DNA of 64,000 bases from Squalus acanthias (taxonomy: Eukaryota), in the NCBI GenBank assembly GCA_030390025.1, contig CM059438.1, positions 62,932,001 through 62,996,000 on the forward strand, given 5' to 3'. The notes under the pieces are model-generated. The model was not told the DNA's origin and made no database searches. It saw only the letters and a program-made list of their open reading frames with translations. The stretch's first letter is position 1, and each line of letters starts with the position of its first letter. Below, one piece after another: positions 35,965-49,220 of the stretch. Both the position numbers and the translations under genes were made by a program.

Positions 35965-38900
35965 TTAAACTAAGATTGCTTTCCCAAAACGCTAACTCGA
36001 GATTCAACCAGAGAAAATAACCCTTTGAAAAAGGACAGGTAGAGACCCGGCCTCACAGTTACACTGCAACCTTTGTATCACTGAATTGGAAACCACTTCA
36101 CGCTGATGCCAAATTTGCACTACGAGACGCACCCTGGTCTGAAGTATAAAAATTAATTTTAATGAGATCGTAGTGGGTTTTTATTTGGAAGGGGGAGCTT
36201 CAAAGAAGATGAACCTGGAGGCAAAGTCCTTTGGACTGGCTACAACCCTGAAGACTATATAACCGTGAAATGGCAAAAAGTCATTCAAAACAGAATTTCT
36301 GTAAAGCAACATGCTTTTTGATACAGTAGATGTTCAAATTAATTCAAGAAGCAAAAATAGAATACACTTTTAGCAAGTACCAAAATAAATTACAGTCCTG
36401 TATGATGTTGTAAAAACTTACAAGTCATTGGAGAACAATATGATGGCTGTTGCACTGAATGGCCTGCAATTCGGAGCTGTTGCCATAACCACTGACCTTC
36501 AAAAATGGCCAAGGTGGTAAACAAACCCAACCTGCATTCGCCAGTTTGCAGCAGCTGCTTGTGATGCCTCTTTTGGCCAATAGAGGCACTATTTTGGCTT
36601 GGTGGCCAATTGGCAGTTGTTCACCGGGTGTTTTTTTCTCTCTCCCCATTTTACAAAGATCGGCACTTGATCATCAAGCCCTGCTCCTGTTGGGTTATCC
36701 TATGAGGCGGTGAATGTTGCAGGTGTGGGAGAATTTTCACCAGTCCCCGAGCATCATAACCTTCATAATCTAATATGAAGATAACGTTAGTATATTCAGC
36801 CATTGGGGATGAGCGCAAACCTCATTTCAAAAACTGTTGTGTTCTGACCAGAGTGGGTAGTTCCTACGGTCAAGTACCTTAAAGACAAGCTAGCTGTACT
36901 TGATCTTCAGCTTAGGCTCCAACACATCGCACCACCTGGTTTGTGCCTCTGATTCCTCACATGGTGATCGTAGTATCTGAGGTGCAATCCAGTTGAATCT
37001 AAAATAATGAGTTAGTTTTTTTTTTTGCATCCACTGTAGCTCAGCAAGTTATACTTAAATGAAATAAATAAACACGAGAAAACCAATGGAAGGGTCAGTG
37101 GAATAAAAAAAAAAATGCTTTATAAAGTTGCAGCTTAATCCAGGCATTCCTCTGGTTTCATTGTCAGTCTCTGATTGCCAACCAAATCCAGAGACAGAAT
37201 TCACAATTCTGAAAATTAGGGGTCATGCCCATCTGTGACCTTCAGCCAGAGCTTGTGGGGGGTCAGTGACGGGGCACCTCATTAGCATGGCACTTCCGGG
37301 CACAAGCGTCAACTCTGGTGCGCCATCAGTGTCTGCCTGCCCCTCCCCGACCCCAGCAATGTCCTCCTTGAGTGCTATGTAGCTAGTCTGCCTTTTAAAA
37401 AAAAAAAAAATTCTTCGAGGGTCCATGATGCTTCCCTGGCCTAGACCCCATCGGTGGAGCCCACATCCCCCACTCATTTGAAGGCTGGTGTGTCTTACCT
37501 CACTGGGCACACTGGACTCCACAGATTTGACCGGTCCCAACGAAACCTAAGGGAACACCCGTTGTAAGGAGCAGCCACCTTTTGGCTCTGTCCCCTTTTC
37601 ATCCTTTGCCTCACGAGGGGCAGAGAGAGGCACTGCTCCTTACAAGGCAAAGAGCAAACTCGCGGGGACTCAGCATAGCCGGGTCGCTGCCATTTCCCGG
37701 GTTTTATTTTTTGCTAGAGTTCTGGTAGGAGACTGGCACAGACTGCAAGGAATTTTGGCTGCCCTCGCTTCTCAGCCAAACGGAACAATTTCTCTTGCTT
37801 CAAAGGAACAACGCTGCCAGTTAAATCGAAGAAATAAATAAATACAACTGATCGGCCATTTTGATGAAAGACACAATCTGATCTCTAAACGAAACGAGTG
37901 GTTCAAACATTACTAAAAACGCACTGATAAACAATCTCAGTTGTTTTAATAGGCATCTTGAGAGAGTTAATCTGTAATCGACTGTCAGGAGAGTTTAGAT
38001 CCTCTGCATTTTACCTAGACAATTCTACAATCAAAAATAATACGCTATTGGTGAAGGGAGGTAGATGTATCGACTCCAGGTCCCTTCCATGTTTTAATGA
38101 TTACTCACTGCTCATTGGTCTGAAAGCCCTGTAATGGCTGAATATACTACAATAATTAGTGCTAATGGTAAGAAAGTAGTTTTGAATGGCAGAGATATTT
38201 GTAAGAATTTCTTCTGCATTTTCTTCTGTTATTAATGTAATTTAGTTTTTATTTGTTTCACCGAGACAGTGTGTCTCTGTCTGTGTCAAGATGCTGGGGT
38301 GCAGTGGGTTTAAGGGATGGAGATAACCTAATGTCTGCAAATGCACTAATATTCAATTGATACCCTTTCCATTTCATTCTCCATTTCCTAAAAAAAAAAT
38401 TGAGAGGTGCACAAAATACTCCGACTAATGGACTTACGAGAATTTGTATACACGTTTCAAATCCTTCCAGGTATGAGGTCAAAAGCATCATATGGTGAAA
38501 TAAATTAATCACATGAAAATCAGTGGAACAAATTATTTCAAGCACTGTTGATTCCCTAGATCTGAGATCATCCTTCAGGTACTTTCACAAGAAGATATTT
38601 GATATTTAGTTACTTGTCGATGTTGATCTCGGCAGGCAATAGCTGAAAAGAGCAGACTAAAACCTTCAAGTAATGCTCATCAGGAAAGTAGTTCAATCAA
38701 GAATATCATTTTTGTTTTTTACTTTTCTTTTTCTTCTCTTTCCCCCCCTCAAAAAAAAATCACATTTGGAAGTTTTTTTTTCTCCCATCATCGTCAAGGT
38801 TTCCCAAGCAGCTTGGACAGGTGACCTGTTCCCAGGTCTTGGTCCCTGACACTCCTGGGGTGCATTCACACTCCCAACTGTAGCGTCGGTGTGAAGTGGT

Positions 38901-40070
38901 TTGTCTTCACTTCGACGCTGTAGTTGTAGTGTAAATCCAGCCTGAATCTAGTATCGGGGCCCAGCCTGACGCCAGAAGAAAACTGAGTGAGACTTTCCTG
39001 GAGGAAGGAGTCTCACTCTCTCTCTCTCCGCTTCAGAACATGTTCACACCTCGACACGCATGCCCAACTACATAGAATTACAGAAACATGTTCGGCACAT
39101 CAGTCTGTGTTGCCCTTTATCCAGTAGTCCTGTTCCCCCTTTCCCTCAGCCCCCACTATCCAACCTATTCTTTAATGCTGACATGGTCTCTGCTTTCGTC
39201 ACTAACTCTGGTAGTGTATTCCACAGCCTCACAACCCCTTTGTGTAAAAAAAAAATGTTTGTCCTGTTCTTTGTCTCAAATCTCTTCGATTTAATCTTGT
39301 GTCTATGATGCCAACAAATGCTGCATTTGTTGCTTGTGTCCTTTGAAAGGCCACTTTCTGGCGAGCCCATGTTCATTTTTGTGTTGCAGTGGGGGTACAT
39401 TAGCTTTACGGGCAATGTATTTCCAGCAGTTAACCATCGTAAGTGTCCATTACAGACAGGTGAGAGCATTGTGCTCTCGACCCTGATTCACCATTGAGGA
39501 TCCAGAGGGTTTCAGGTATTAGTCCTGTGATAATGCACCTGGCAACTGAAACCCATTTATAAAGGAATTGGAGAATGGATGCTCATTTATGTTGACTTCA
39601 TTGGACTGTGCTGTGTCTTCTTGTGAAAGTTTCCTATCATCCTCATGTTTAGCTCTAATGTGGAAACTTGTTGAATAATAAATTCCAATTATTTTTTAAA
39701 CAAGGAGTGACTCAGCAAATCATTAGCATGAGTAGTATTGGGCAAAACTAATCATCATTTACTGTAGGAGACACCAGGCTGGGAATTCATGACTTTGTGC
39801 TGTGCGATTATCTCAATTCTTGGGATCTAATGACCTGATTCATAATCCTTTCTTGCTCAAAGAAACAAAAATGTAAATACTTCGCCAACAAATACCACCA
39901 TGACCTTTTGACCTCTGACCTGTACTCTTTTTGGCCTGTAGTGGGTTTTATTAATTGCATGAAGAAGGTGACCTTACTCTGCTGTCGCTTTAACTGCTCT
40001 TTGAACTGTACCCCTCCCCCCCCCCCCCCCTTTCCTTGCTCCCGTCTGTTTTACTGCTGTCTCCCTTCAG

Positions 40071-40182
40071 CATTCTACACAGCCGCACCGCTGACGTCTG
40101 CTGGGATACTCCCCGTGATGCAATCTCTGTGTCCCGATGGCCAGAGGGATGAATTTGGATTCCTGCAGTATTCCAACTCAAC
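40071..40182 (+). CDS. ABCA2: ABCA2 coding exon: (A/S)[36 protein letters not shown](T)
   Basis: ctcccttcAG acceptor, AC|GTAAGT donor, 112 bp. Near-identical to the recalled ABCA2 sequence, and phase-compatible with the neighbouring exons. Confidence 0.97.
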
Positions 40183-40569
40183 GTAAGTGAAACTGAAATT
40201 ATTTCAAGATTCCATTGTCAGATTATCACAGATCTGGAGTGTTTATACCAATGACTTTGCTGGAACAAAGCCAATGGCCCATTTTTTAAGGGGCTTGTTT
40301 CCTCTTCCATTAAGATTTTCTCTCCTAAGCCAATGTAGATGAAAAGAAATACCCAAGAACACTCTGCAGTGACTCACCAGACGAAGGTTCCTCTGCTCCT
40401 ACACACCCCCTCTGTCCAACAGTGCCTGGTCTCTGTTCACAGTATCCCTTTGTTATATGACTAAATTGGGAACTCCTTGGGAGGGGAAAGGTGGATACCA
40501 GCATTGTGCCACTGTCTGGCAAGGGATGAGCACACTTGTGTTACTACACTGCCAATGGTTCATATTTAA

Positions 40570-40852
40570 AACAGAAAAACTTACATTTCTACAGCACCTT
40601 TCAGGGCGTCTCAAAGCATTTTACAGCCAATGAAGTACTTTTGAAGTGTAGTCACCATTGTAATGTTGGAAACGCAGCATCCAATTTGTGCACAGCAAGC
40701 TCCCACAAACAACAATGTGATAATGAGCTGGTAATCTGTTTGGGATAAAGATGGGTGAACTCCGCTGCACTTCTTCAAATAGAGCCGTGGGATCTTTTGC
40801 GTCCACCTGCAAGGGCAGACAGGGCCTTGGTCTAACGTCTCATCCGAAAGAC
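40570..40852 (-). mobile_element. DeuSINE 3' portion
   Basis: acagccaatgaagtacttttgaagtgtagtcac...gggatcttttgcgtccacctg...aacgtctcatccgaaagac. Confidence 0.7.
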
Positions 40853-41749
40853 CTGTCATCTACGCTGAGCGGGGAAGGGGCACCTCACTGATCCTGAGAC
40901 CCGACCATGAAAAGGTTTCAGGCTTCTGGTGGGCTTCATCGGGCAGGTGGTGGGCTCGCTAGATCCACCATCCACCCGACAAACAGAGCCTCATTATAAT
41001 TGCTCCCAATGTTGGGGTGTGGACTGCTGCATTCAAGGAGTCAACGTGAGTTGATGCATCAATGATCTATTCCTAGATATCTTCAGCGCACTTTGTAAGT
41101 TCAATATGATAGTCGGTTTGCCAAATGCACGTTGAGAGGCTGTCCAGTTTGGACATCTCTGATCTATTACATGGTGTCACATTTAAATATTTACCACACT
41201 TTGAACACTTGTCTAACACTAGTGCCGCTAAAGGCAGCAGTAGTATATTAAGATGTAGAAATAGACCCATAGAATGCAAGTCCAAGTGATGGTGACACGG
41301 TATAAAGCGATGAAGAGACCACTTGATGTTTTTGATTATAATATTTATGAAAGGACAGAAGCTGTGAAAAAAAATGTGGAAAGTAACAACACCATGTGAA
41401 CTGTGGATAGCAGGTAAGGATGCTGATTCTCTTTCTCTCCCAAAAGAGACTGGTACATGATCCCAGTGGGGCTTTTCCCATATAATGAAGGGAATAAGTG
41501 AAGTAATGTGGAGAAAATCTTTGTGTTGAACCAAGAGAAATGAACAAAGGTAAACAACTGTAGGCATGGGAGCCTCGAGCTCATCTAGCTTAATAAGCAG
41601 CTCCTTCATGTTTAGGGATGTTGGTCTAGACTTTCCGACTCCCAATTCCCAGTTTTCTGGATGATCTGAAACGGATAGGACTGGAAAGATGCACTTTGCC
41701 TCCCTACTTCTCTCACTTTTCCTAGCTGTTTTCTGTTACCTTTTGTAGG

Positions 41750-42330
41750 AATCCCAATCTTCCCTATTTTTTTTCTGCTTATAATTTGTAAAGTATTTTT
41801 TTGTTTTTTCATGTTCCTTCCTCTTTTTCCAAATGGTATATACTTTTTTCCCTCTTGTATAAAAATGAAATTAAATTTCATTTTTCTTCCGATGTTCAAT
41901 TTTTAAGTGTAGCTTCCCAATTAATATTTCCCAGACATTTTCTCATTGCTCCAAAATCTGCTTTTCCAAAACCCTTTATCATCATGTTGTTGATTTTAGC
42001 CTTAGCTTTGATGGTATTAAATTCAACAATATAATGAATGCAGTTCCTCACCAACTCACTAGCTCTGCTGGATTACTAAACACAAGTTCAACACAGCCTC
42101 TGCTCTGGTGCTCTGCTTCACATGTTGTGTGAGGGAATCATCCATAACAGCCTCAGTGAATTTGTTTGTACTCTCAGACCTCCCTTTAGTTGCCCCTGAT
42201 CTGTCCATTCAATATAATGGAATGTTGAAATCCCTGATAATTAATGCATGCAATCCTGCCTCTCCGCCTAAACAGTGCTCCTTCTGCGTATTGTCCTGGT
42301 GGACGATAACGGCTACAACTTATCACCCTC
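41750..42330 (-). mobile_element. Very old LINE (CR1-like) APE endonuclease remnant
   Basis: The minus strand contains YRPPG (tatcgtccaccagga, about 42293-42308) and a GDFN-like ggatttcaacatt (about 42220-42233) in the expected order. Heavily degraded. Confidence 0.45.
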
Positions 42331-43109
42331 ATAATTACTTAGTTATAGGAACAGGAGTGGGCCATTCAGCCCCTTGAGCCTGTACCACCATTCAATTAGA
42401 TCATGGCTGATTTGTATCCTAACTCCATCTAACCGCCTTGGTTCCGTGTTGTATCCAATGTTGATTCAGTTGTATCACCTTCCAATGCAATATCATTCCC
42501 CATCAATAAAGCAACTCCTCCATCTATCTTTTTAGATCTATCATCTCCTTCAGCTCCAGCTCTCATCTTCCTGCTGCCAACTATTCATGTTCAGGGTTCG
42601 CTGTGCTGGAGAGGAGCTGAAAATGGTTAAGGCGCAAAAATTAAACTCAAGGGTCTTCAATACGATTTTCATTTCAACTGTGTTAAATGTTGACTCAGCT
42701 CACAACACTGGTTTTATTAACCCCCCCCCCCGACACCGTCACCAGCACTTCAAGAAGTGTTCAAACTTTGAACAATGGCACTCGAGGAATCAGTTCAAAC
42801 GGACAGAAAAAGGATGTTAAAAGTCATCATCCTTTGTTTTTGGGCTTCTACTCTTAATTTTCTCAGGTTTAGCATCTTCGACCACTCCTATAGGTGAGCC
42901 CTCGCTCCCTCTGACCTGGAATGTACCTTTACCGACACGGTATGTAGGTAAGTCCAACAATAGAACTGAAAACCCCTCATCGCTGCATTTTGGCTTACTG
43001 TGCTCGCGTTGACTTCAGAACACAGTCGAATAAACTTTTCTTCAGTTTGTGACTTAGGCTATAAACTCTGAAACACATTTATTGAACATTGAATAGTGAA
43101 CAGAAGCAA

Positions 43110-43575
43110 TGATTACATAGAATTACATTACATAGAAGTTACAGCACAGAAACAGGCCATTCAGCCAACAGGTCTGTGCCGGTGTTTATGCTCCACACAC
43201 GCACCTCCTCCCACCCTACTTCATCTAACCCTATCAGCATATCCTTCTACCCTTTTGTACTTATCTAACTCCCCCTTAAATGCATCTATGCTATTTGCCT
43301 CAACCACTCGCTCCATGTGGTAGAATGTTCCACATTCTAACCACTTTCTGGGTAAAGAAGCTTCTCCTGAATTCCTTTTTGGATTGATTGGTGACTCTCT
43401 TGTATTTATGACCCCTAGTTTTGGACTCTCCACAAGTGGAAACGTCTTCTCTACGTCTACCCCATCAAACTCCTTCATAATTTTAAAGACTTCTATTAGG
43501 TCTCCCCTGAGCCTGCTCGCTGCGAGAGAAAAGCACCCCAGCCTGTTCAGTCTCCCCTGCTGGTTATAACCTTTC
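43110..43575 (-). mobile_element. CR1 LINE 3' fragment
   Basis: Minus-strand MKEFDGVDVEKTFPLV...VEANSIDAFKGELDKY. Confidence 0.85.
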
Positions 43576-44299
43576 CTGATGGTTCTAATGATGCACTATA
43601 GGAAGTTACTGGCTTAACCATCCCTCCTCAGATTGGAAGAACAGTAACAAACTGCTGTGTGTGCTGTGCTAGTTTGCAATGTGAAGTGGACCAAACGCAA
43701 ACATTAACCTTCATGTGGCGGTTATTTGATAACCATCCACGGAGACTCTCTGGCCTTTGATACTTCAGACAGGCTACCCAATTTTTACAAGAATGGCTGA
43801 GATACACTTTTCAAAAAATGACCAGGACAAACAAAATGTTGCTTAAACTCAGAAAAGGTGGTTGTTTTCATATCTTCACACTCTTCCCTTGGAGAATAGG
43901 ATTTGTAGGCTGATTAACAGCCTTGCCAGGCCATGAACACTCCTTCCATGGCTGTAACCATCTTTGTACCAGCCGATCGAGTGGTTAATGCTCTACGGCG
44001 GGAGAGTTTTATGGGCTCCCACAACCCATATGATGCGGGGGTGGGGTGGTCACTTACACCTACCTGCTGGATGTCGATCCAGAATTCGAAGCTGGAGCTT
44101 CGCCGGGACTGTCTGGAGTGGGATTCAAACCCCGCACCTCTGACTCCGAGGCAGGAATGTGACCACTAAACCAAAAACGCTCTCCTTCAGAAAAAGTTGT
44201 CAATCAAACAAAATGTACAACAAAATAATATCTCAAGATGGATGTATTTGAATTGAATGACTTGGAGAACTGGCCAAAGGTCTGTTTTCTGGGACTATT

Positions 44300-45031
44300 G
44301 GGGGAAGAATTGGCTCGTGCCCCCTTTGGGGCGCTAACTTCGCCGGGGCGCTACTTTTAGCGCCCCCACACCCGAATTTGAATGGGAGCGCCCCCAAGCA
44401 GGAGGCGGGGCACTACTGGAGGTGCTCCCCCTCCCTCTTGGGGCGCTCCCATTGAATATCGCGGCGCTACGTGCAGCAGCGCCACGCGAGCCAGCACGTA
44501 GCGCCGTGGTACTGCAGGCCTCCCTCCCCTGATTAAAGGGGAGGAGCCTAGCGCAGCGCGCACCGGGGCCTTGCTGGACCACCAGGGAGCGGATGCCGGC
44601 AAAAGAGCCCGGCACTCGAGAGGAGCGCCGGGCTGACCAATCGCGGCCGGCACCCCGCAGGAGGAGGCGAGAGGGGGCAGGTGCTGTCAGACGGCCCCCC
44701 CAAAAAATGGCCGCCCGGCACCTGCCCTTTAATTGGCGCCGCCACGGCCGCAAAAACGCCACCCTGACCCTGTCGGACATAGCGTCCGGCAGTAGGTCAA
44801 GGGGGCGCGAGCCAAGTTTGCGGCCGGGACGCTGCACATGGCGACGACGACATCGCCGGAGGCGCAGCGCCGCGGAGCGCTACCGCTGCCGCTAACCTCC
44901 CGCTGAATATCATGGGAGGCGTTCGCGGTGCCGCGCCCAGGCGCTAGGGGTTTTGTGCCCGGGCGCTAGTTGCTTTGTGCCTGGGCGCGGCGCCGCTAAT
45001 GGGAGGCGCAAAGCAACCGAACTTTTCCCTC
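44300..45031. mobile_element. GC/CpG-rich MITE, PIF/Harbinger-like (3-bp TSD ATT)
   Basis: att|gggggaagaattgg ... ccgaacttttccctc|att. Abrupt GC-rich block with repeated ggcgct motifs. Confidence 0.65.
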
Positions 45032-45874
45032 ATTGTATCAGAACAAGCTGGGTCATTTTCTGTGCGTGAACCTGGCTTACTGTGACTGATGCATCGAAGG
45101 TGAAGAGATGCTTCATTTGTGTTATAGCTGTCATCAGCACTCAGGGCCAAACAAAGGTATTCAAACATTGAAGAAAGATATTTGAGCAATTAGTACAAAT
45201 GGACAGAAAGAGAATGTTAAAAGTCGTCATCTTTTAAATCTTCTGTTAAGTGCATACCAGTGATTAGACCCACACTAATCAAAGTCGTAGCAATTTGTAT
45301 ATAACAGACAGCAGATGTTTGCTACCAGATGGACTATATTTTAAAATTACCCTCTTTTCCATTAATTTATTTTTAACGTTTCTCACTTCATGCAAATGCA
45401 TTTCAATTTCATTGTGTTGTGAGCTGGGGAAGAAGTAATTTGTCACTGGAGTAATTTAGAAATTGAGACATTACATTATTGTCTGTGAAGTGCATGTTCT
45501 TGCTGCACTGCCGCAGTATTAAAGGCAGCCTTCGTTTGCAAGCTACGCAATAGATACTGAATTTAGGGGTTAGTGTTCAAAAATGACTGAGCTACCAATC
45601 AATAGGAATTCAGCCGGTTTAAGCTTGCCAATATCTAGAGTGAAGTAGCAGGCAACTGAGGGGATGAATAGTATTTAGTGTAGAACATTGCTTTCAGTCT
45701 CGCCTTGGGACTGCAGACGGACACTAAACTCGGAGTCTGTAGCTTTTTCATTTTCTGAGACCAGGTTGAAGTCTTCACGTGGGGGTTGGGGGGGGGAAGC
45801 CATTCAAAGGGACGACTGTCCATTTATACCGAGAGGTATTACTCAAAGTAAGACAGAATATTACGGTGAGGTAG

Positions 45875-46066
45875 GAGGGTAATTTTAACCCAACTTGCCG
45901 GGTGGGTAACCCATGGAAAAGGATGGAGCACCTCGGATTTACACCTCGCCCAATATTACTCTCCACTGCCTTCAATGGAGAGTAAAATCAGGCAAGGTAG
46001 GAAACAAATGTTGCAACCGATCACGTCAGTTTCCCCCCCCAGCGAGTCAGGTTGAAATTGCCCCCC
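45875..46066. mobile_element. Short MITE
   Basis: gagggtaattttaacc ... ggttgaaattgcccc inverted termini. Confidence 0.5.
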
Positions 46067-46977
46067 ATTTTTCTGTAAAGCCTTTTCTTCCTGGCAATTG
46101 GCAACTGTCTATTATTCCGAATGTTGTGAAACTTTGCACTTTAACTACCCCAATATTGAATGGGGCAGTGATTGTGTTAAGGGGAGGAATTTCTGAAGTG
46201 TGTTCAGGAGAATTTTCTTGATCGGTATGTTTCCTGCCCAACGAGGAAGGAGGCATTGCTGGATCTGGAGCTGGGGAAGGAAGTGGGTCAAGTAGAGAAC
46301 GTCACAGCGGGGAGCATCTCGGGAATAATGATCATAGTATCGTAAGGTTTAAATTAGTTATAGAGAAGGACAAGGAGCAATCTAGAATAAAAATACTTAA
46401 CTGGAGGAGGGTTAATTTCAGCAAATTGAGGAGGGATCTGGCCCGGGTAAATTGGAGTCAAAGACTGACAGACAGAAATGGGTGGCCTTTAAAGAGGAGA
46501 TGGTTTGGGTACAGCCTAGGTACATTCCCACAAGGGGGAAAGCCAGAGCACCCTGGACGATGAGAGTTAGAGAATAGGATGAAGGAGAAAAAGGGGGCAT
46601 ATGACAGATGTCAGCTTGATAGTACAAGGGAGAATCAGGCTGAATATAAAAAGTACAAAAGAGAAGTGACTTGGGGGAACGGCACAATTTCGAAATTTGC
46701 AGATGACACGAAACTTCGAAGTGTAGTAAACAGTGAGGAAGATAGTAATACTCTTCAAAAGGACATGGACAGGCTGGTGCAGTGGGCGGACAAATGGCAG
46801 ATGAAATTCAATGCAGAAAAGTGAGAGGTGATACATTTTGGTAGGAAGCATGAGGAGAGACAATCCAAGCTAAATGGTACAATTTTAAAGGGGGTGCAAG
46901 AACAGAGAGACCTGGGGTTGCTTGCGCACAAATCTTTGAAGGTGGCAGGGCAGGTCAACAAAGCAGTTAGTACAGCA

Positions 46978-49178
46978 ACAACAACTTGCATTTATATAGC
47001 GCCTTTAACCGAGTAAACCGTCCCAAGGCGCTTAACAGGAGTATTATAAGACAAAAAATTTAACACCGAGCCACATAAGCAGAAATTAGGGCAGATGACC
47101 AAAAGCTTGGTCAAAGAGGTAGGTTTTAAGGAGTGTCTTAAAGGAGGAGAGAGAGGCGGAGAGCTTTAGGCAGGGAATTCCAGAGCTTGGGGCCTAGGCA
47201 ACAGAAGGCACGGCCACCAATGGTGGAGCGATTATAATCAGGGATGCTCAAGAGGGCAGAATTAGAGGAGCGCAGATACCTCTGGGTGTTGTGGGGCTGG
47301 AGGAGATTGCAGAGATAGGGAGGGGCGAGGTCACGGAGGGATTTGAAAACAAGGATGAAAATTTTGAAATCGAGGCGTTGCTTAACCGGGAGCCAATGTA
47401 GGTCAGCGAGCACAGGGGTGATGGGTGAACGGGACTTGGTGCGAGTTAGGACACGGGCAGCCGAGTTTTGGATGACCTCAAGTTTACAGAGGGTAGAACG
47501 TGGGAGGCCAGCCAGGAGTGCGTTGGAATAGTCAAGCCTAGAGGTAACAAAAAGGCATGGATGAGGGTTTCAGCAGCGGATGAGCTGAGGCAGGGGCGGA
47601 GATGGGCGATGTTACGGAGGTGGAAATAGGTGGTCTTAGTTATGCCGCGGATATGTTGTCGAAAGCTCATTTCAGGGTCAAATATGACACCAAGGTTGCG
47701 AACAGTGTGGTTCAGCGTCAGACGGATGGAGTCAATGCCTAGGGAACGGAGTTTGTGGTGGGGACTGAAAACAATGGCTTCGGTCTTCCCAATATTTAAT
47801 TGGAGAAAATTTCTGTTCATCCAGAACTGGATGTCTGACGAGCAGGCTGACAATTTAGAGACCGTGGAGGGGTCGAGAGAAGTGGTGGTGAGGTAGATCT
47901 GAGAGTCGTCAGCGTACATGTGGAAACTGACGCTGTGTTTTCGGATGATGTCGCCAAGGTGCAGCACTAGATGAGAAATCGAAGGAGGCCAATGATAGAT
48001 CCTTGGGGGACACCAGAGATAACAATACGGGAGCGGGAAGAGAAGCCGTTGCAGGTGATTCTCTGGTTACGATTAAATAAATAAGAATGGAACCAGGCGA
48101 GTGCAGTTCCACTCAGCTGGACGACGGTGGAGAGATGTTGGAGGAGGATGGAGTGGTCAACCGTGTCAAAGGCTGCAGACAAGTCAAGAAGGACGAGGAG
48201 GGATAGTTTACCTTTGTCACAGTCTCAAAGGATGTCATTTGTGACTTTGATGAGAGCCGTTTCGGTACTGTGGCAGGGGCGGAAACCTGATTGGAGGGAT
48301 TCAAACATGGAGTTGCGGGAAAGATGGGCACGGATTTGGAAGGCAACAACACGTTCAAGGATTTTGGAGAGGAAAGGGAGGTTGGAGATAGGGCGGTAGT
48401 TTGCAAGGGAGAAAAAAGGGGTCAAGGTTTTTTTGAAGAGAAGGGTGATAACGGCAGATTTGAGGGAGAGGGGGACAGTACCTGAGGAGAGAGAACCGTT
48501 AACAATGTCAGCTAACATGGGGGCCAGAAAAGGAAGTTGGGTGGTCAGCAGTTTGGTGGGAATAGGGTCGAGGGAGCAGGAAGTGGGTCTCATGGACAAG
48601 ATGAGCGCGGAGAGGTCATGAGGGGAGATCGGAGAGAAACTGGAGAAAGATGAGAGTTCAGGGCTAGGGGAGGGGGGAACCTTAGAGGAAGTTTGGCCCA
48701 GTGGGCTAGGGGAAGGAAGAGAAGTGGCAGAGGCAGCTGAACCGATGGTCTCAATCTTAGAGACAATGTCGTCCATGAGCTCCTCACACTTGTTATCGGA
48801 GGTGAGGGTGGAGGTGACAGGGGAGAGGGGTTTAAGAAGACGGTTAGCAGTAGAGAATAGAAATCGGGGTTTATCTTTGCATTCCAGAATGATTCTGGAG
48901 TAGTGAGCAGTTTTGGCAGACGAGAGCAGGACCCGATAATGCTTTATGTGGTCAAGCCAGATCTGGCGGTGAAAGGCTAAACCAGTTGTCCGCCATATAT
49001 GTTCAAGTCTGTGCGTCCCTTGGACTTAAGGGAGCAAAGATGAGAGTCGTACTGGTGGGACGGCCAGGGTGACAGAGGGTAATTGTTTTAATTGGGACTC
49101 GGGCATCAAAGGTGGTGGTGAGGGTGCGATTGAGCAGAAATGTCACGGTGAATGGAGGGCCTTTAAATTCCAGAATGG
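46978..49178 (-). mobile_element. 5'-truncated L2 LINE, 2.2 kb, with a frameshifted reverse transcriptase
   Basis: Minus-strand ORFs with NYRPISNLPFLSKILER, QSGFRPCHSTETAL, SAAFDTVDH, GVPQGS and YADD. Tail acaacaacttgcatttatatagcgcc. TSD agtacagca at 46969-77 and 49179-87. Confidence 0.95.
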
Positions 49179-49220
49179 AGTACAGCATATGGGATCCTGG
49201 GTTTTATAAATAGAGGCAAT

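Noticed and set aside
41073..41645. 190-aa minus-strand ORF
   Set aside because: No recognisable domain, antisense within an intron, and next to a degraded LINE remnant.
42780..42832. Minus-strand ATGATGA...CTGA as a C/D snoRNA
   Set aside because: Antisense to the host gene, no terminal stem, and the boxes are not kept in the duplicate at about 45200.
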